A stretch of 62,746 nucleotides of DNA from Terriglobia bacterium (GCA_041476565.1 JBGOTQ010000004.1:1-62746), one strand, 5' to 3'. Counted from the first letter of the stretch, positions 40,894-51,878 are shown. The notes: generated from the sequence alone by a model not told the origin. A program made the numbers and translations.

Positions 40894-43137
40894 TTATCTC
40901 AGCTCTGGAACTTCGAGCGTGCGGCTCTTGGCATAGGTCCGGATGAATTGCGCCAGGCTTTCGCTCCATGCTTCCAGTCCGCTGTTTTCGAGCGGTTCCA
41001 ACATATAGTCCAGGCCGGTTCTCCGGTCGGCACGGTGGTCCTTCAGGTCGTCGAGGATGTGGACGAAGTTCCGGCCTCCCACTGATCGGCCCTTCGGATA
41101 GCGGCTCTTTTCCCAAGTCGCCTTCAATCCAACCCACATGGCCTCCCGATCCGAAAGGCAAGCCCGCACCAGGCCATGTGCCTGAGACAGCAGGGAAACG
41201 ACATCCCGATGCCGCTCCTGGTTCTGGGCATCAGCCGCACGGATCATCAGGTTCTCGGCTTCCTCGAGATCTGCCAGCATCGTGATATAGTGGCGTTCAA
41301 ACTGCGCAATCGACAACAGGACTTCCAGGTTGTAGCGGTTCCGGGAAACGGTGCCGAGCTTCCCTTGCACTACTCCGATCACCTGGTCCAGTCTCCGCCG
41401 GACTTCCGGCATCTGAGCCAAAACGGAGGCATAGCGGCGGGAAAAAGTCCGATCGACCACCAGAGTCTCATCGTAAGCAAAAGGCAGGGGAGGGGGCTCG
41501 ATCCTCAAGTCGATCCGGGTCGTGTCCCGTCCCGGGCCGGCCCAACTCCCGTACGTCGGCTTGAGGCGTGTGGCCGGGACCCGGTCGAGACTCGATTCAT
41601 AAAAACGGGCCCCTTCCATCAGTGTCCGGTAGACTTCGATCAGGTCCTGGTTTCCGGGGCCGTAGAAGATGTCCATGAAATCGGCGATGACCTGTTCAAC
41701 GCGAGGCTCGTTCGGCGACCAGCCGTACTGACTGACTACGACCCAACCGAGCCAGAAGGTTTCGCTGTGAAGGCCGGAATCGTCCCACGCCGCCGCGTAA
41801 GTGCCGATGAGTTCATTTGGAGCTTTACCAAGAAGCTGGGGGACGACCTTGCCGGGTTCCTCCAGACGGCCTTGAACGGGGCGTCCGTTCTCCAGGAATT
41901 CTGAAGAGAAGTAGTTGGGAAAAAGAAGCTCGGATCCTTGCTGGGAGCTGTATATGAGGGATGGGACCCCGGCGTCGCGCAGTCCCTGGTTCCAGCCGTC
42001 GCTTTGACCGAGCACGGCCACGCCGTTAATCAGCCCCCTGGGAAGAAGCTTGAGGTGCTCGTCCAGTAGCGGGTATTCCACCCAGCAGAGCATCTTGCGG
42101 TCCCGATCGACGAGCCATTTGTGCATCCGGTTGACATATTCGACCCAGGTCAGACTCCGGTTTTTTTCGTTGTAGGGGCGTTTCTCCTGGCATTTGCTGC
42201 AGATCCCGGCGTAGTAAACCTCGTCAGTCGAAACGTGGAAGTACTCGACGCCGGGAGTGGCATCGATCATGTCCTGGTAGAGGTCCTGGATAAGGGAGAT
42301 AGCCTCCTCGTTGCACATGCAAGCCTGGTAGTTGCTGCCGTCGGCGCGGAGATCCTTGAATTCTTCGTGCTTCAACACATAAGCCATATGTGCCGGAGAT
42401 TGGATCTGTGGAACCAGCTGGATGTGGCGTTCCAACGCATACCGCGTAAGACCCTGCATCTCGGCTTTCGTGAAGGCCCCTGGAGCGCCGACCACCGGAT
42501 GTCGGGGAAACTCATATTTGTCTTCGATTTCGAAACCAATGGCATTTGCCTTGAAGAACGAAGCCCAGTCGATGAACCGCCTCAACGTCTCCGGACGGTC
42601 CTGGTGATGCTTGGTATCCCAATGAATGAACCGGAGGGGCAACGTGGGCCAATCCTCGATCTCGGCTTCGGGCAAATACCATGCTCCACCACTTCTGACG
42701 CGGAGAAGCTGGAGCAGGCTTTGCACTCCATAAAGGAGGCCGGAACTCCCGTTCCCGGTAATCTCGATTCGTTGTGGAGTGATCTTGAGGGCATAAGCCT
42801 CGTCTGAAGCCGGCCGCGGAGTTGTCTTGACTTTTCCCGGAACCACACGAAGGACGATGCGACCCGGCCCCGTCCCTTCAAGCCTCAGGTTATGAAGCTC
42901 GAGAGCCCCTTCCTTCAGTCGTCGGATCGCGATCTCACCGGGATCCACGTGCGGCTCGATGCCCCACCTCGAATCAACGGCGACTTCACGCCCCGTCAGC
43001 TGTACTTTCTTGGCGGCTGGAACGAGGCTGTAGCCGAGGGACCTCAGCCCATTGACAGAACCCTCGGGGGCTGAGGCCGTCAGACTGGAAGTTGAAATCG
43101 CAAGTGTGATGAGAACAGTGCCCAGTGTCATTTTCAT
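40894..43137 (-). CDS. GH20-like beta-N-acetylhexosaminidase
   Basis: EAYALKI (GH20b domain); EIEDWP..RFIHWD; HVSTDEV catalytic DE pair. Confidence 0.82.
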   Translation of the reverse strand: MKMTLGTVLITLAISTSSLTASAPEGSVNGLRSLGYSLVPAAKKVQLTGREVAVDSRWGIEPHVDPGEIAIRRLKEGALELHNLRLEGTGPGRIVLRVVPGKVKTTPRPASDEAYALKITPQRIEITGNGSSGLLYGVQSLLQLLRVRSGGAWYLPEAEIEDWPTLPLRFIHWDTKHHQDRPETLRRFIDWASFFKANAIGFEIEDKYEFPRHPVVGAPGAFTKAEMQGLTRYALERHIQLVPQIQSPAHMAYVLKHEEFKDLRADGSNYQACMCNEEAISLIQDLYQDMIDATPGVEYFHVSTDEVYYAGICSKCQEKRPYNEKNRSLTWVEYVNRMHKWLVDRDRKMLCWVEYPLLDEHLKLLPRGLINGVAVLGQSDGWNQGLRDAGVPSLIYSSQQGSELLFPNYFSSEFLENGRPVQGRLEEPGKVVPQLLGKAPNELIGTYAAAWDDSGLHSETFWLGWVVVSQYGWSPNEPRVEQVIADFMDIFYGPGNQDLIEVYRTLMEGARFYESSLDRVPATRLKPTYGSWAGPGRDTTRIDLRIEPPPLPFAYDETLVVDRTFSRRYASVLAQMPEVRRRLDQVIGVVQGKLGTVSRNRYNLEVLLSIAQFERHYITMLADLEEAENLMIRAADAQNQERHRDVVSLLSQAHGLVRACLSDREAMWVGLKATWEKSRYPKGRSVGGRNFVHILDDLKDHRADRRTGLDYMLEPLENSGLEAWSESLAQFIRTYAKSRTLEVPELR

Positions 43138-43417
43138 AGTCCTCCTGGAACGCGCGTGATTATACCCTGCGTTGATGTTGGAGTGAAGGCCTAGTACCCC
43201 AATTATGTATCGAGCCAGGCGGCCCCGGCAGTGGTGTCATATTCTAGCCGAAGGCTATATGCCAACGGACGAAATTTACGAGAATTCTAACCCTGGCATT
43301 GCTCGATGAACGTGGTATCCTGAGGCCATAAAGAAACTCGGTCTGGCTTGCTTCTCCATTGAGTGCAAGCGCGTGTCTCTCTCAGTTCGCCATTACAAGT
43401 TCCAGAAAGGAACCCTT

Positions 43418-45688
43418 ATGAAACGTGCCTCCTCACTTGCGTTGGTACTCACTCTCTTGTGTCTCCTTCAAGCCGATGCGGGTGACGATCTTCCCTTCAG
43501 AGGATACTCCCCCAAGACTAGCATAATAGAGCGAGAGTGGGAGTTCAAATATCGTGCAATCCCCAGCCCTCAAGAAATGCGTGAGTACATGAAACTGCTG
43601 AGTGCCCGACCTCACCATGTAGGTTCGCTTTATGACAAGGAGAACGCTGAATGGATTCTTGCCAGATTCAAAGAATGGGGGTTGGATGCCCAAATAGAGA
43701 CCTTCGATGTACTTTTCCCCACGCCTAAGGAGCGAGTGGTCGAGATGGTGGAGCCTGTCAGGTTTTCCGCCAAACTGCAAGAGCCGGCACTGGCCGTTGA
43801 TCCCACGTCGGGCCAAAAGGTGGAACAGCTTCCCACCTACAACGCCTATTCCCCTGACGGCGATGTCATCGGGCCACTCGTCTATGTGAACTATGGACTC
43901 CCGGCGGATTACGAGCAACTGGAACGGTTGGGGATATCGGTCCAAGGCGCCATAGTGATCGCTCGATACGGAAATTCATGGCGTGGGATGAAGCCCAAGC
44001 TTGCGGCCGAGCATGGGGCGGTGGGTTGCCTCATTTATTCCGACCCCGCAAATGATGGCTACACACAGGGAGATGTGTTTCCCGACGGCCCGATGCGACC
44101 CAAAGACGGCGTCCAACGGGGCAGTGTGATGGACTTTGCCTCGTCGAACCCGGGTGATCCGCTTACCCCCGGGATGGGTGCCACACCCGCGGCGAAACGA
44201 CTCTCGATCAAGGAGGCTCCCAGCATTCAAAAGATCCCGGTGCTTCCAATTTCCTATGGCGACGCACAGCCGCTGCTGGCGGCGCTGAAGGGGCCCATGG
44301 CACCCGACGAATGGCGCGGCGCACTCCCCATTCCCTACCGCGTCGGGGCAGGGCCTGCCAAAGTTCATCTGAGAGTTATGTCAAACTGGGACATAAAAAA
44401 GGTTTATGACGTCATTGCCAGGATCCGCGGTGCATCGGAACCAGACCAGTGGGTGATTCGGGGAAATCACCATGATGCCTGGGTAAACGGCGCTGAGGAC
44501 CCAGTCTCAGCCCTGACGTCGTTGCTGGAGGAGGCACGCGCCATGTCTCTGTTGATCAAGCAGGGCTGGAAGCCGCGACGAACCATTATTTACTGCGCAT
44601 GGGATGGCGAAGAGCCGATGCTGCTCGGCTCCACAGAGTGGGCGGAGGCGCATGCAGAGGAGCTTCGATTGCATGCCGCCATCTACATAAACACCGACTC
44701 TAATACCCGCGGCTATCTCTCAATGGGCGGCTCGCACACGCTTGAGCATTTCATGAATTCGATTGCCCGAAACGTGGAGGACCCGGAGTCGAAGTTCTCC
44801 GTATGGAAGCGCCTCCAGTCGCGGGAGATTGCAGATGCAAAATCCCTTGAGAAAAGGGCTGAGTTGCGCCAGAGATATGACCTGCGGATGGAAGCACTTG
44901 GCTCCGGGTCTGATTACACCGCTTTCCTCGACCATCTGGGCATCGCATCGCTCGATATTGGCTACGGAGGTGAGGATGAAGCGGGAATATATCATTCTAT
45001 CTATGACGATTATTACTGGTACAGCCATTTCTCTGATTCCGGCTTCGTTTACGGCCGCGCTCTGGCACAGACGGTTGGGACGGCGGTAATGCGAATCGCC
45101 GATGCGGATATCCTGCCCTATGAGTTTACGGATTTAGCAGACACAATCCGAACTTACGCGAAGGAGCTGCAGGATCTGCTTAAGAAGCGGCAAGAGGAGA
45201 TTCGGGAACGCAACCAGGAACTGACAGACGGTGTCTACCAAGCTACCTACGATCCGAGGAAACCTACTGTCGCCCCCAAACACGAAGATGTGCCGCCCTA
45301 TTTGAATTTTGCCCCGCTCGATAATGCCGCGGTTGCGCTGACCGAGAGCGCTGAGCGCTACGAGAAGGCGTTGGCGAAGACCTGCCAATCCGCGGGCATA
45401 CCTGAAGGCGTAGCTCTTGTTGCTTTAAACCAGAAGCTCCAGGAGAGCGAGCGCCGGCTGACTAATCCCGATGGATTGCCCCGCAGGTCCTGGTACAAAC
45501 ACTTGATTTACGCGCCGGGCGTCTACACAGGTTATGGAGTGAAAACCATTCCAGGAGTGCGAGAAGCAATCGAGCAAAAGCACTGGGAGGAAGCGGAGAC
45601 AGAGATCAAGCGAGCGGCAAAAGTCCTTGAAAGCGAAACTGTCCTCATAGACTCGGCGGTCAAAGATCTGGAAAGGCTGGTTCGCTAG
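43418..45688 (+). CDS. M28 peptidase, glutamate carboxypeptidase II-like (PA and TFR dimerisation domains)
   Basis: GNHHDAW, GAEDP, WDGEE, GSGSDY, YHSIYD, WYKHLIYAP. Confidence 0.93.
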   Translation: MKRASSLALVLTLLCLLQADAGDDLPFRGYSPKTSIIEREWEFKYRAIPSPQEMREYMKLLSARPHHVGSLYDKENAEWILARFKEWGLDAQIETFDVLFPTPKERVVEMVEPVRFSAKLQEPALAVDPTSGQKVEQLPTYNAYSPDGDVIGPLVYVNYGLPADYEQLERLGISVQGAIVIARYGNSWRGMKPKLAAEHGAVGCLIYSDPANDGYTQGDVFPDGPMRPKDGVQRGSVMDFASSNPGDPLTPGMGATPAAKRLSIKEAPSIQKIPVLPISYGDAQPLLAALKGPMAPDEWRGALPIPYRVGAGPAKVHLRVMSNWDIKKVYDVIARIRGASEPDQWVIRGNHHDAWVNGAEDPVSALTSLLEEARAMSLLIKQGWKPRRTIIYCAWDGEEPMLLGSTEWAEAHAEELRLHAAIYINTDSNTRGYLSMGGSHTLEHFMNSIARNVEDPESKFSVWKRLQSREIADAKSLEKRAELRQRYDLRMEALGSGSDYTAFLDHLGIASLDIGYGGEDEAGIYHSIYDDYYWYSHFSDSGFVYGRALAQTVGTAVMRIADADILPYEFTDLADTIRTYAKELQDLLKKRQEEIRERNQELTDGVYQATYDPRKPTVAPKHEDVPPYLNFAPLDNAAVALTESAERYEKALAKTCQSAGIPEGVALVALNQKLQESERRLTNPDGLPRRSWYKHLIYAPGVYTGYGVKTIPGVREAIEQKHWEEAETEIKRAAKVLESETVLIDSAVKDLERLVR

Positions 45689-45929
45689 GATCAAACGACC
45701 CCGCCAGGATTTCTCATCACCAATACCTAACCCGGCCGTAAGTGCCGGGAAGGTCAACACAAAAAGCAAGGCGACGGCTAGCAGCTTCCCGGAAAAGTAC
45801 CAGTTGGAGAATCTATTGACAAGTTACGGTAAATCTTGGCTTTGTTTCTCTGAACCCAATTTAAACGCAGAACTATTAAACTCCGGCCTACCCTTTGTCG
45901 ATTAACTAGATAAGGTGCCGGTGACTTAA

Positions 45930-46232
45930 TTGGGAGAGAAACAAGTGCCAAAACATGGCAGTGGTGCCGTTCGGGCACGAGAAAACGCAAGGCTTCTTGT
46001 CAAATGCATCGATGCTGATGGAAAATCGTTCACAGAACAGACCGAGACCTACGACATTAGCGAATCCGGCATTTCCTTCTTCCTTAAGTCTCCTGTCTGG
46101 GTGGATTCCCACCTTACTATAACTATTGCCTCCAGTAGCCTCTTTGGCCGTCTCTACACCACAACTGCCAAGGTCATTCGTGTTCAAGTCGAACCCTCCG
46201 GCAAACAGTTTGTGGCAGCCCGCTTTGACTGA
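45930..46232 (+). CDS. Stand-alone PilZ-domain protein
   Basis: RENAR (RxxxR) and DISESG (DxSxxG). Confidence 0.8.
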   Translation: MGEKQVPKHGSGAVRARENARLLVKCIDADGKSFTEQTETYDISESGISFFLKSPVWVDSHLTITIASSSLFGRLYTTTAKVIRVQVEPSGKQFVAARFD

Positions 46233-46485
46233 CCCGGATGTCTGACCACCAAAACCTACCCAAAATGTCGCGGAGAACCAGAGAGAACATTTGGATACAG
46301 ATGGTCGCTGGTGAACGCTGATAAACGTTAGGGAGAAGACACCAGGACTGCAAGGAAACTTCGCCTGGTGAGTGGATAACGTCAATCAAGTGCAGCGCGG
46401 CGCAATCGTGCCTGGGGTTTTCACCTAATGTCATGCCTGGTAAATGCCGATTCACGGAATCGGAAAGGAAGGAAGCTCAACAATA

Positions 46486-47049
46486 ATGATCATCCAATGC
46501 CCACATTGCCAAACCCAATATAGCCTTGAAGAGAAACAACTTGATGCTTCCCCCAGTGTGCAGATCCACTGCAAAAAGTGTCAAAAGACTTTTTCGAGTC
46601 AGGCTGTACCGGGAGTCGGACCGATGGCCGCTCGCCATACGTTGGTTCAACACCAGAATGAATTCAACAAAAGGCTTCAGAACGTTACCCCTCCCTGTCC
46701 GGTAGATGCCACCACCGCAAGGGGCGGCGACCGGCCCTGGCTGGATCGTGGGAAGGTGGTTTCTCTGGTGGCCATAGACGGCCCTTTGAAAGGAAAGGTC
46801 TTTCCCGTAATTAAGCCCAGCGTGCTGTTGGGTCGGCGCGAAACGGATATCGTTTTGGAGGATTCCGACGTTTCACGCAAGCACTGCTACCTAGAGGTAC
46901 ACGGGGCCACCGCTTTGCTGGTGGATTTGGGAAGCACCAACGGAACCTTCGTGGACAACCAGAAGATTGAAACCCGTCAACTTGAGCACATGTCGGAATT
47001 CCGCGTCGGTTCGACGACAATGATTTTCTCCGTCAGGGAAAAGGAGTGA
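46486..47049 (+). CDS. Zinc-ribbon + FHA domain protein
   Basis: CPHC..CKKC; GR..SRKH..STNGT. Confidence 0.9.
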   Translation: MIIQCPHCQTQYSLEEKQLDASPSVQIHCKKCQKTFSSQAVPGVGPMAARHTLVQHQNEFNKRLQNVTPPCPVDATTARGGDRPWLDRGKVVSLVAIDGPLKGKVFPVIKPSVLLGRRETDIVLEDSDVSRKHCYLEVHGATALLVDLGSTNGTFVDNQKIETRQLEHMSEFRVGSTTMIFSVREKE

Positions 47050-47076
47050 CAGATTTCTTCCACCGGTTCCGAGAAA

Positions 47077-48642
47077 GTGGAACAACTTGGTCGCTATGAG
47101 ATTTTGGAAGTGCTGGGCCACGGTGCCATGGGAACCGTCTTCCGTGCCCGCGATCCAAAGATAGACCGTATTGTTGCCGTCAAGACCATCACCCGTTTGG
47201 GCGTCAGCCCAGACGAGGAGGAATACCGGCAGCGCTTCTTTCGGGAAGCCCACGCGGCAGGAAAGCTGTCCCATCCGGGCGTAGTTACGATTTACGATGC
47301 AGGAGAGGAAGAGAGCACCTGGACACCCTACATCGTAATGGAGTACATCCAGGGGAGGACTCTGGAGAGCCTCATCAGCGAGTGGTCGGGGACTCCTCCC
47401 ATCCAGTCGGCCCTCGACCTGCTCAAACAGGTCGCCGAAGCCCTCGATTACGCCCATTCTCAAGGGGTCGTCCACCGGGACATCAAGCCGGCCAACATCA
47501 TTGTTACATCCCAGGGCCGCGCCAAGATCACGGATTTTGGCATTGCCAAGTTGGCGTTGACCCAGCTCACCCTCCTCGGCGAATCTCCAGGGACTCCTTC
47601 TTACATGTCCCCGGAACAAGTGGTCGGGAATCCTGTCGATGGCCGTTCTGATCTGTTCTCTGTGGGTATCATCCTCTATTGGATTTTAGTAGGCGAGAAA
47701 CCTTTTACCGGGGAAAATGCCACCGCTGTCACATTCAAAATCGCCTACAAAGACCCTGTTCTCCCCTCCCGACTCAACCCGTCCCTGGACACCCGGTTCG
47801 ATTATGTCGTCGGCCGCGCACTGGTCAAAGACCCCACACAGCGCTACCAGAGCGGTAAGGAGTTAGCCGACGACCTCGAGGACCTGTGCCACGGTCGGAC
47901 GCCACGCTCTCAAGACAGTCCATCAACTGAGGTTGGAATTGAAGACACAGAAAGGACAGTCCTCCGGGAGCCGCCCGGGTCAATTCCGGTGCACGGGACA
48001 CCTGAAACCCGTTTGTCCCCCGGCCGGACAGGCAGGTTTGCTGCCGTAGGGGCCCAGCCTTCTCGCAGGGCCTTCGTCGTCCTGGGGCTGGTAGCACGGC
48101 AACTTGTGGCTGTGTCCAGATCCTGGAAGGTGTTGGGAGGTTTGGCCACTGCCAGCATGTTTATCGTTCTTTTTGTCTTCTTTACTCCTCGCAACCCCGC
48201 GCCAGTCAGGACCGTGAAACCTACCGGACCCAATAAGACAGGTATGCCAGCTGGACCAACTAAGACGGCCAAGCCTGCTGGCCCAACCCAACCCCTAAAG
48301 CTCGTTGAACCAGTGGAGGGCACTCAGCTCAATATACGCTGCGCGCACAGGTTTCGCACTGCCGTGCTGATGGTCTGGGTAGATGAAGCTCTGGCCTATG
48401 AAGGAAGAATCGCGGGGGCGGTGAAGAAGCGATGGGTATTCGTAAAGAAGGCCCAGGGAAACTTCTCGAATAGCCTGGTTATTACGCCCGGGAAGCACGT
48501 CATTCGCGTGCAAGTAGTATCGGGTCAAGCTGGTTACAATCAAACCGGTGAGACCGAAGGAGAATGGACCTCCGGGGGAACAAGGACACTTCAAATCAGC
48601 TTCGGACCTCCTGGCGATGACCTCAACCTGGAACTGAAGTAA
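47077..48642 (+). CDS. Membrane Ser/Thr protein kinase with extracellular PEGA-like domain
   Basis: GHGAMG, VAVK, HRDIKPAN, DFG, YMSPEQ; TM helix; three 8-aa P(A/T)GP repeats. Confidence 0.93.
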   Translation: MEQLGRYEILEVLGHGAMGTVFRARDPKIDRIVAVKTITRLGVSPDEEEYRQRFFREAHAAGKLSHPGVVTIYDAGEEESTWTPYIVMEYIQGRTLESLISEWSGTPPIQSALDLLKQVAEALDYAHSQGVVHRDIKPANIIVTSQGRAKITDFGIAKLALTQLTLLGESPGTPSYMSPEQVVGNPVDGRSDLFSVGIILYWILVGEKPFTGENATAVTFKIAYKDPVLPSRLNPSLDTRFDYVVGRALVKDPTQRYQSGKELADDLEDLCHGRTPRSQDSPSTEVGIEDTERTVLREPPGSIPVHGTPETRLSPGRTGRFAAVGAQPSRRAFVVLGLVARQLVAVSRSWKVLGGLATASMFIVLFVFFTPRNPAPVRTVKPTGPNKTGMPAGPTKTAKPAGPTQPLKLVEPVEGTQLNIRCAHRFRTAVLMVWVDEALAYEGRIAGAVKKRWVFVKKAQGNFSNSLVITPGKHVIRVQVVSGQAGYNQTGETEGEWTSGGTRTLQISFGPPGDDLNLELK

Positions 48643-48710
48643 TAGTTTCTCGCCCCGGAATTCACTCGCTCTCCCTCTGCGCCCGGATTGGATCTGCTCT
48701 TACCGATCAC

Positions 48711-49058
48711 TCACTTCAAGTACTGTTGCAGCCAGCGGAGCGCATGGCCGATCATCAGAACTTGATTCTCGCGCCGGCCGGCACCGTGCCCTTCCTCAGC
48801 GAAGATAATCGGCTCGCTGGGAGCTGACGTTTTCTTTGCTGCCTCGTACATTTGGATGGCTTCACCTACAGGCACGCGAGGGTCGGTGGCGCCCTGGGTG
48901 ATGAGCAAAGGCGCCTTGAGCCGGTCAATGTAGGTGACCGGCGATAGTTGGATCAGGGCATCCTTGTCTTTTTCCGGGTCGCCATACTCGGAGATGCGGA
49001 GAATGCGGCGATAGGGACCCGTGTTATTGAGGAAGGTGAGAAAATTGGAAATGCCGAT
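48711..49058 (-). pseudogene. C-terminal fragment of an S9 (prolyl oligopeptidase family) peptidase
   Basis: GISNFLTFL..EYGDP..QGATDPRVP..EGHG; the catalytic Ser region is absent. Confidence 0.85.
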
Positions 49059-49248
49059 GGGTCTCTTGGGCCATTAGCTCCGCCATGCTGATGAACAGGG
49101 CAAAAGCGAGAACTGATTTTCCCGGCATCATGCTGGTGTAACTGACCCATTACGATTGACCCGCGCAGCTTCCTGGACTATAGTACTCAATACTATGGAA
49201 GGGTGATTCGGACGACTGTACTCATAAAGAAAGAGGCTGGGGACGATT

Positions 49249-50574
49249 ATGGCAACTGTCAATCGAAGAGATTTTGTAAAGAGCGCGGCTGGAATTGCCG
49301 CAGGCGTGGGACTGACAAGCAAGTTGTTAAGAGCAGAGCAGAGCGGGCGCGTCATCGGCGCCAATGACCGGATTAATGTTGCGGCGATCGGTGTCGGTGG
49401 CCGCGGGACGTGGGTAGCCAAAGTTTTTTCGAAAGTGGGGAAAGACGCGAATGCCCAGATCATCGCTGTGTGTGACGTTTACCGGAAGCGGCTGAACGAA
49501 AACAAACAGGCTCACAACTGCGACGGGTACCTCGATTATCGTGAAGTGCTCGCCCGCAAGGACGTCGACGCAGTCCTCATCGCAACGCCCGACCACTGGC
49601 ACGCTCCAATCGCCCTGGCAGCTCTGGGAGCCGGCAAGGACGTATACCTTGAGAAACCGATGACACACACGATCGACGAGGCGCATCAACTCGTCGAGAA
49701 GGTCAAGGCTACGCAACGAGTGCTGCAGGTAGGCTCGCAGACAACCTCGGCCCAACAGTGGTGGAAAGCCAAACAGGTCATTGCCGACGGTGCCATCGGT
49801 CAGATGATTATGAGCCAGGGTTCGTACCATCGCAACACGAGAGACGGGGAGTGGAACTGGCCTTTTGACCCGAATGCCGGGCCGGATAAGCAGGGTGAGG
49901 ACTTCATAGACTGGAAGACCTGGCTTGGCTCAGCGCCCAAGCACCCCTGGGATCCCGACCGGTTCTTCCGGTTTCGCAAATACTGGGACTACTCGGGCGG
50001 CATTGCCACCGACCTGTTCTTTCACGTCGCCGCGCCGCTCAACATCTGCTGGCCCGAGCCGCAGTTCCCCTATAAGGTCACGTCCGGAGGCGGCATCTAC
50101 GGCGGCCCTGCATTTGAGGAAAAACGCGAGGTGCCCGACACCTTCCACCTCATTGCCGAATACAAGAAGGGCCACTCCGTGGTATTGACTTCATCTATGG
50201 CCAATTCGCAGCATATCCCAGGGCTGATTCGCGGGCACCTTGGCACCATCATTATGGTCGATCACGGGATGTTCGAGGAGCCGACCGATCACATCACGGT
50301 GCGACCTGAAAAGGAAGTCATTGACGACGCATATGTCTCGAAGTTCGGAAAGGAAGACCGGCAGATCCCGATAGAAAAGGAAGACGACGAGGTGCTCCAC
50401 GTCAGGAACTTCCTCGATTGCGTGCGCAGCCGCCAGAAACCGCGTCTCGACGTTGAGACCGCCGCACACGCACAGGTGCTCATTTCCATGTCGGTGATGT
50501 CGTACCGCCAGGGCCGCGTGTTGTATTTCGATGAAAGCACCTGGAAGGTCAGCGACAAGCCATCGAATGCATAG
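49249..50574 (+). CDS. Tat-exported Gfo/Idh/MocA oxidoreductase
   Basis: RRDFVK; [18 protein letters not shown]. Confidence 0.93.
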   Translation: MATVNRRDFVKSAAGIAAGVGLTSKLLRAEQSGRVIGANDRINVAAIGVGGRGTWVAKVFSKVGKDANAQIIAVCDVYRKRLNENKQAHNCDGYLDYREVLARKDVDAVLIATPDHWHAPIALAALGAGKDVYLEKPMTHTIDEAHQLVEKVKATQRVLQVGSQTTSAQQWWKAKQVIADGAIGQMIMSQGSYHRNTRDGEWNWPFDPNAGPDKQGEDFIDWKTWLGSAPKHPWDPDRFFRFRKYWDYSGGIATDLFFHVAAPLNICWPEPQFPYKVTSGGGIYGGPAFEEKREVPDTFHLIAEYKKGHSVVLTSSMANSQHIPGLIRGHLGTIIMVDHGMFEEPTDHITVRPEKEVIDDAYVSKFGKEDRQIPIEKEDDEVLHVRNFLDCVRSRQKPRLDVETAAHAQVLISMSVMSYRQGRVLYFDESTWKVSDKPSNA

Positions 50575-50584
50575 CGAGACAACC

Positions 50585-50662
50585 ATGATGATAATTACCC
50601 GCCGCGGTTTTGTGAAGACTTGTGCTGGCTTTGCCGCCGTTGCCGCAATGACGAAAGCCTGA
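50585..50662 (+). pseudogene. Orphan Tat signal peptide (remnant of a lost downstream gene)
   Basis: MMIITRRGFVKTCAGFAAVAAMTKA*. Confidence 0.6.
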
Positions 50663-50759
50663 AGTCTCTGAGTTAGGCAGTGGCGGTCTCGGCTGAAGAC
50701 TACGCTTGTTCGGGGATTGTTCGGAAAAATCTGTTTTCATACGTCCTCTGAGCAAGTTT

Positions 50760-51314
50760 TCATTTGTCTTTAGTGCGATGCCCTTGCCTGCACCACCGGC
50801 GAATGTCCTGGATTTCCTTTTCGGGGATCCCCAACCCCTCAAGAAACTCCTGATGAGATTGAGGGAAACGGCGTTCGAATTCCCGATGCCAGCGCTGCAT
50901 TCCTTCCTCGTCGAGACCCGCCGCCCGCAACAGGGACATCCAGCCGTCCTTGTTCATGACGGGAATCCGCCTCCCGATGGCTTTATCCTTCAGTACTTGA
51001 AGAATCACTTGTTGCTGCTCCCGCAGGGAACGGATCGCCGCGTCCAATTCGGCCAGACGCTTTTCCAGAAGTGCTGTGACCTTGTTTTCCGGATTCTGAA
51101 GCGCCTTGCCGATCTCTTCCAGGGCGAGCCCCATCTGTCGATAAAAACAAATCTGTTCCAAACGGTGGGCGTCGTTCGGAGTGTAGACTCGGTAGTTGGC
51201 GGAACTTCTGCCGGATGGGCGCAACAGGCCGATGGAGTCGTAGTAGAGGAGCGTACTTCTAGATAGGCGAAATTGCCTTGCCAGCCGACCGATTGTCATC
51301 GGAGGAGTCTTCAT
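50760..51314 (-). CDS. MerR-family transcriptional regulator
   Basis: TIGRLA..STLLYYDSIGLL..YRVY; ATGA overlap with the upstream gene. Confidence 0.93.
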   Translation of the reverse strand: MKTPPMTIGRLARQFRLSRSTLLYYDSIGLLRPSGRSSANYRVYTPNDAHRLEQICFYRQMGLALEEIGKALQNPENKVTALLEKRLAELDAAIRSLREQQQVILQVLKDKAIGRRIPVMNKDGWMSLLRAAGLDEEGMQRWHREFERRFPQSHQEFLEGLGIPEKEIQDIRRWCRQGHRTKDK

Positions 51315-51811
51315 TGGGGAAACTCCGATTTCTTCAACATCTTCCCTTGGGTCAGAAAATGATTCAGTAGCGTTCCAATCCGATGGATATGCTTCTCGAA
51401 ATGGTTGCCACCACTGGCGACGAGTTGATCTACGAGATTGTTTCCTTCCTCGTTCAGGGTGGTCAGGGTGTACTTGATCGTCAGGTTGGATGTGCCATTA
51501 GCAGCTTCATCCACCTGAAGCTGCATCTTGAGGACCTTGACCTCGGGAGTAAACCGTACGAACTCCACTCGACGGGTTACAGGATCGTGGAGCATGGTTA
51601 CCCAGAGAGTCGGAGCGTCATCCGGGAAGTGGGTCGTGAAAATGCATCCTTCCTCTACCAGTCCGGACTTCGAGTAAACCAGCCGGCAGTCCCACCCATC
51701 GATCCATTCGTATTCTCGAACGGGGCAAAGCAGGGGGAAAACCCTGTCGGGAGAGGCAGCAACGGACTCAGATCCGCAATGCGTGAATCGTTTGGCGTCA
51801 GATGTGATCAT
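51311..51811 (-). CDS. SRPBCC/START-like ligand-binding protein
   Basis: VFPLLCPVREYEWIDGW, SGLVEEGCIF; GGAGG RBS. Confidence 0.75.
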   Translation of the reverse strand: MITSDAKRFTHCGSESVAASPDRVFPLLCPVREYEWIDGWDCRLVYSKSGLVEEGCIFTTHFPDDAPTLWVTMLHDPVTRRVEFVRFTPEVKVLKMQLQVDEAANGTSNLTIKYTLTTLNEEGNNLVDQLVASGGNHFEKHIHRIGTLLNHFLTQGKMLKKSEFPQ

Positions 51812-51828
51812 GTTAACCTCCAGCTCTC

Positions 51829-51860
51829 ATCTTGAACTGTGAAGCTATAGTCAGGTCAAG
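51829..51860 (-). promoter_or_regulatory. MerR-type promoter/operator
   Basis: -35 TTGACC (51859-51854), 19-bp spacer, -10 CAAGAT (51834-51829); dyad CTTGACCTG..CAGTTCAAG. Confidence 0.85.
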
Positions 51861-51878
51861 AAATTTCTCGTGGATTTT

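Noticed and set aside
48214-48290. 24-bp tandem repeats in the kinase gene
   Set aside because: Ordinary Pro/Thr-rich linker after the TM helix
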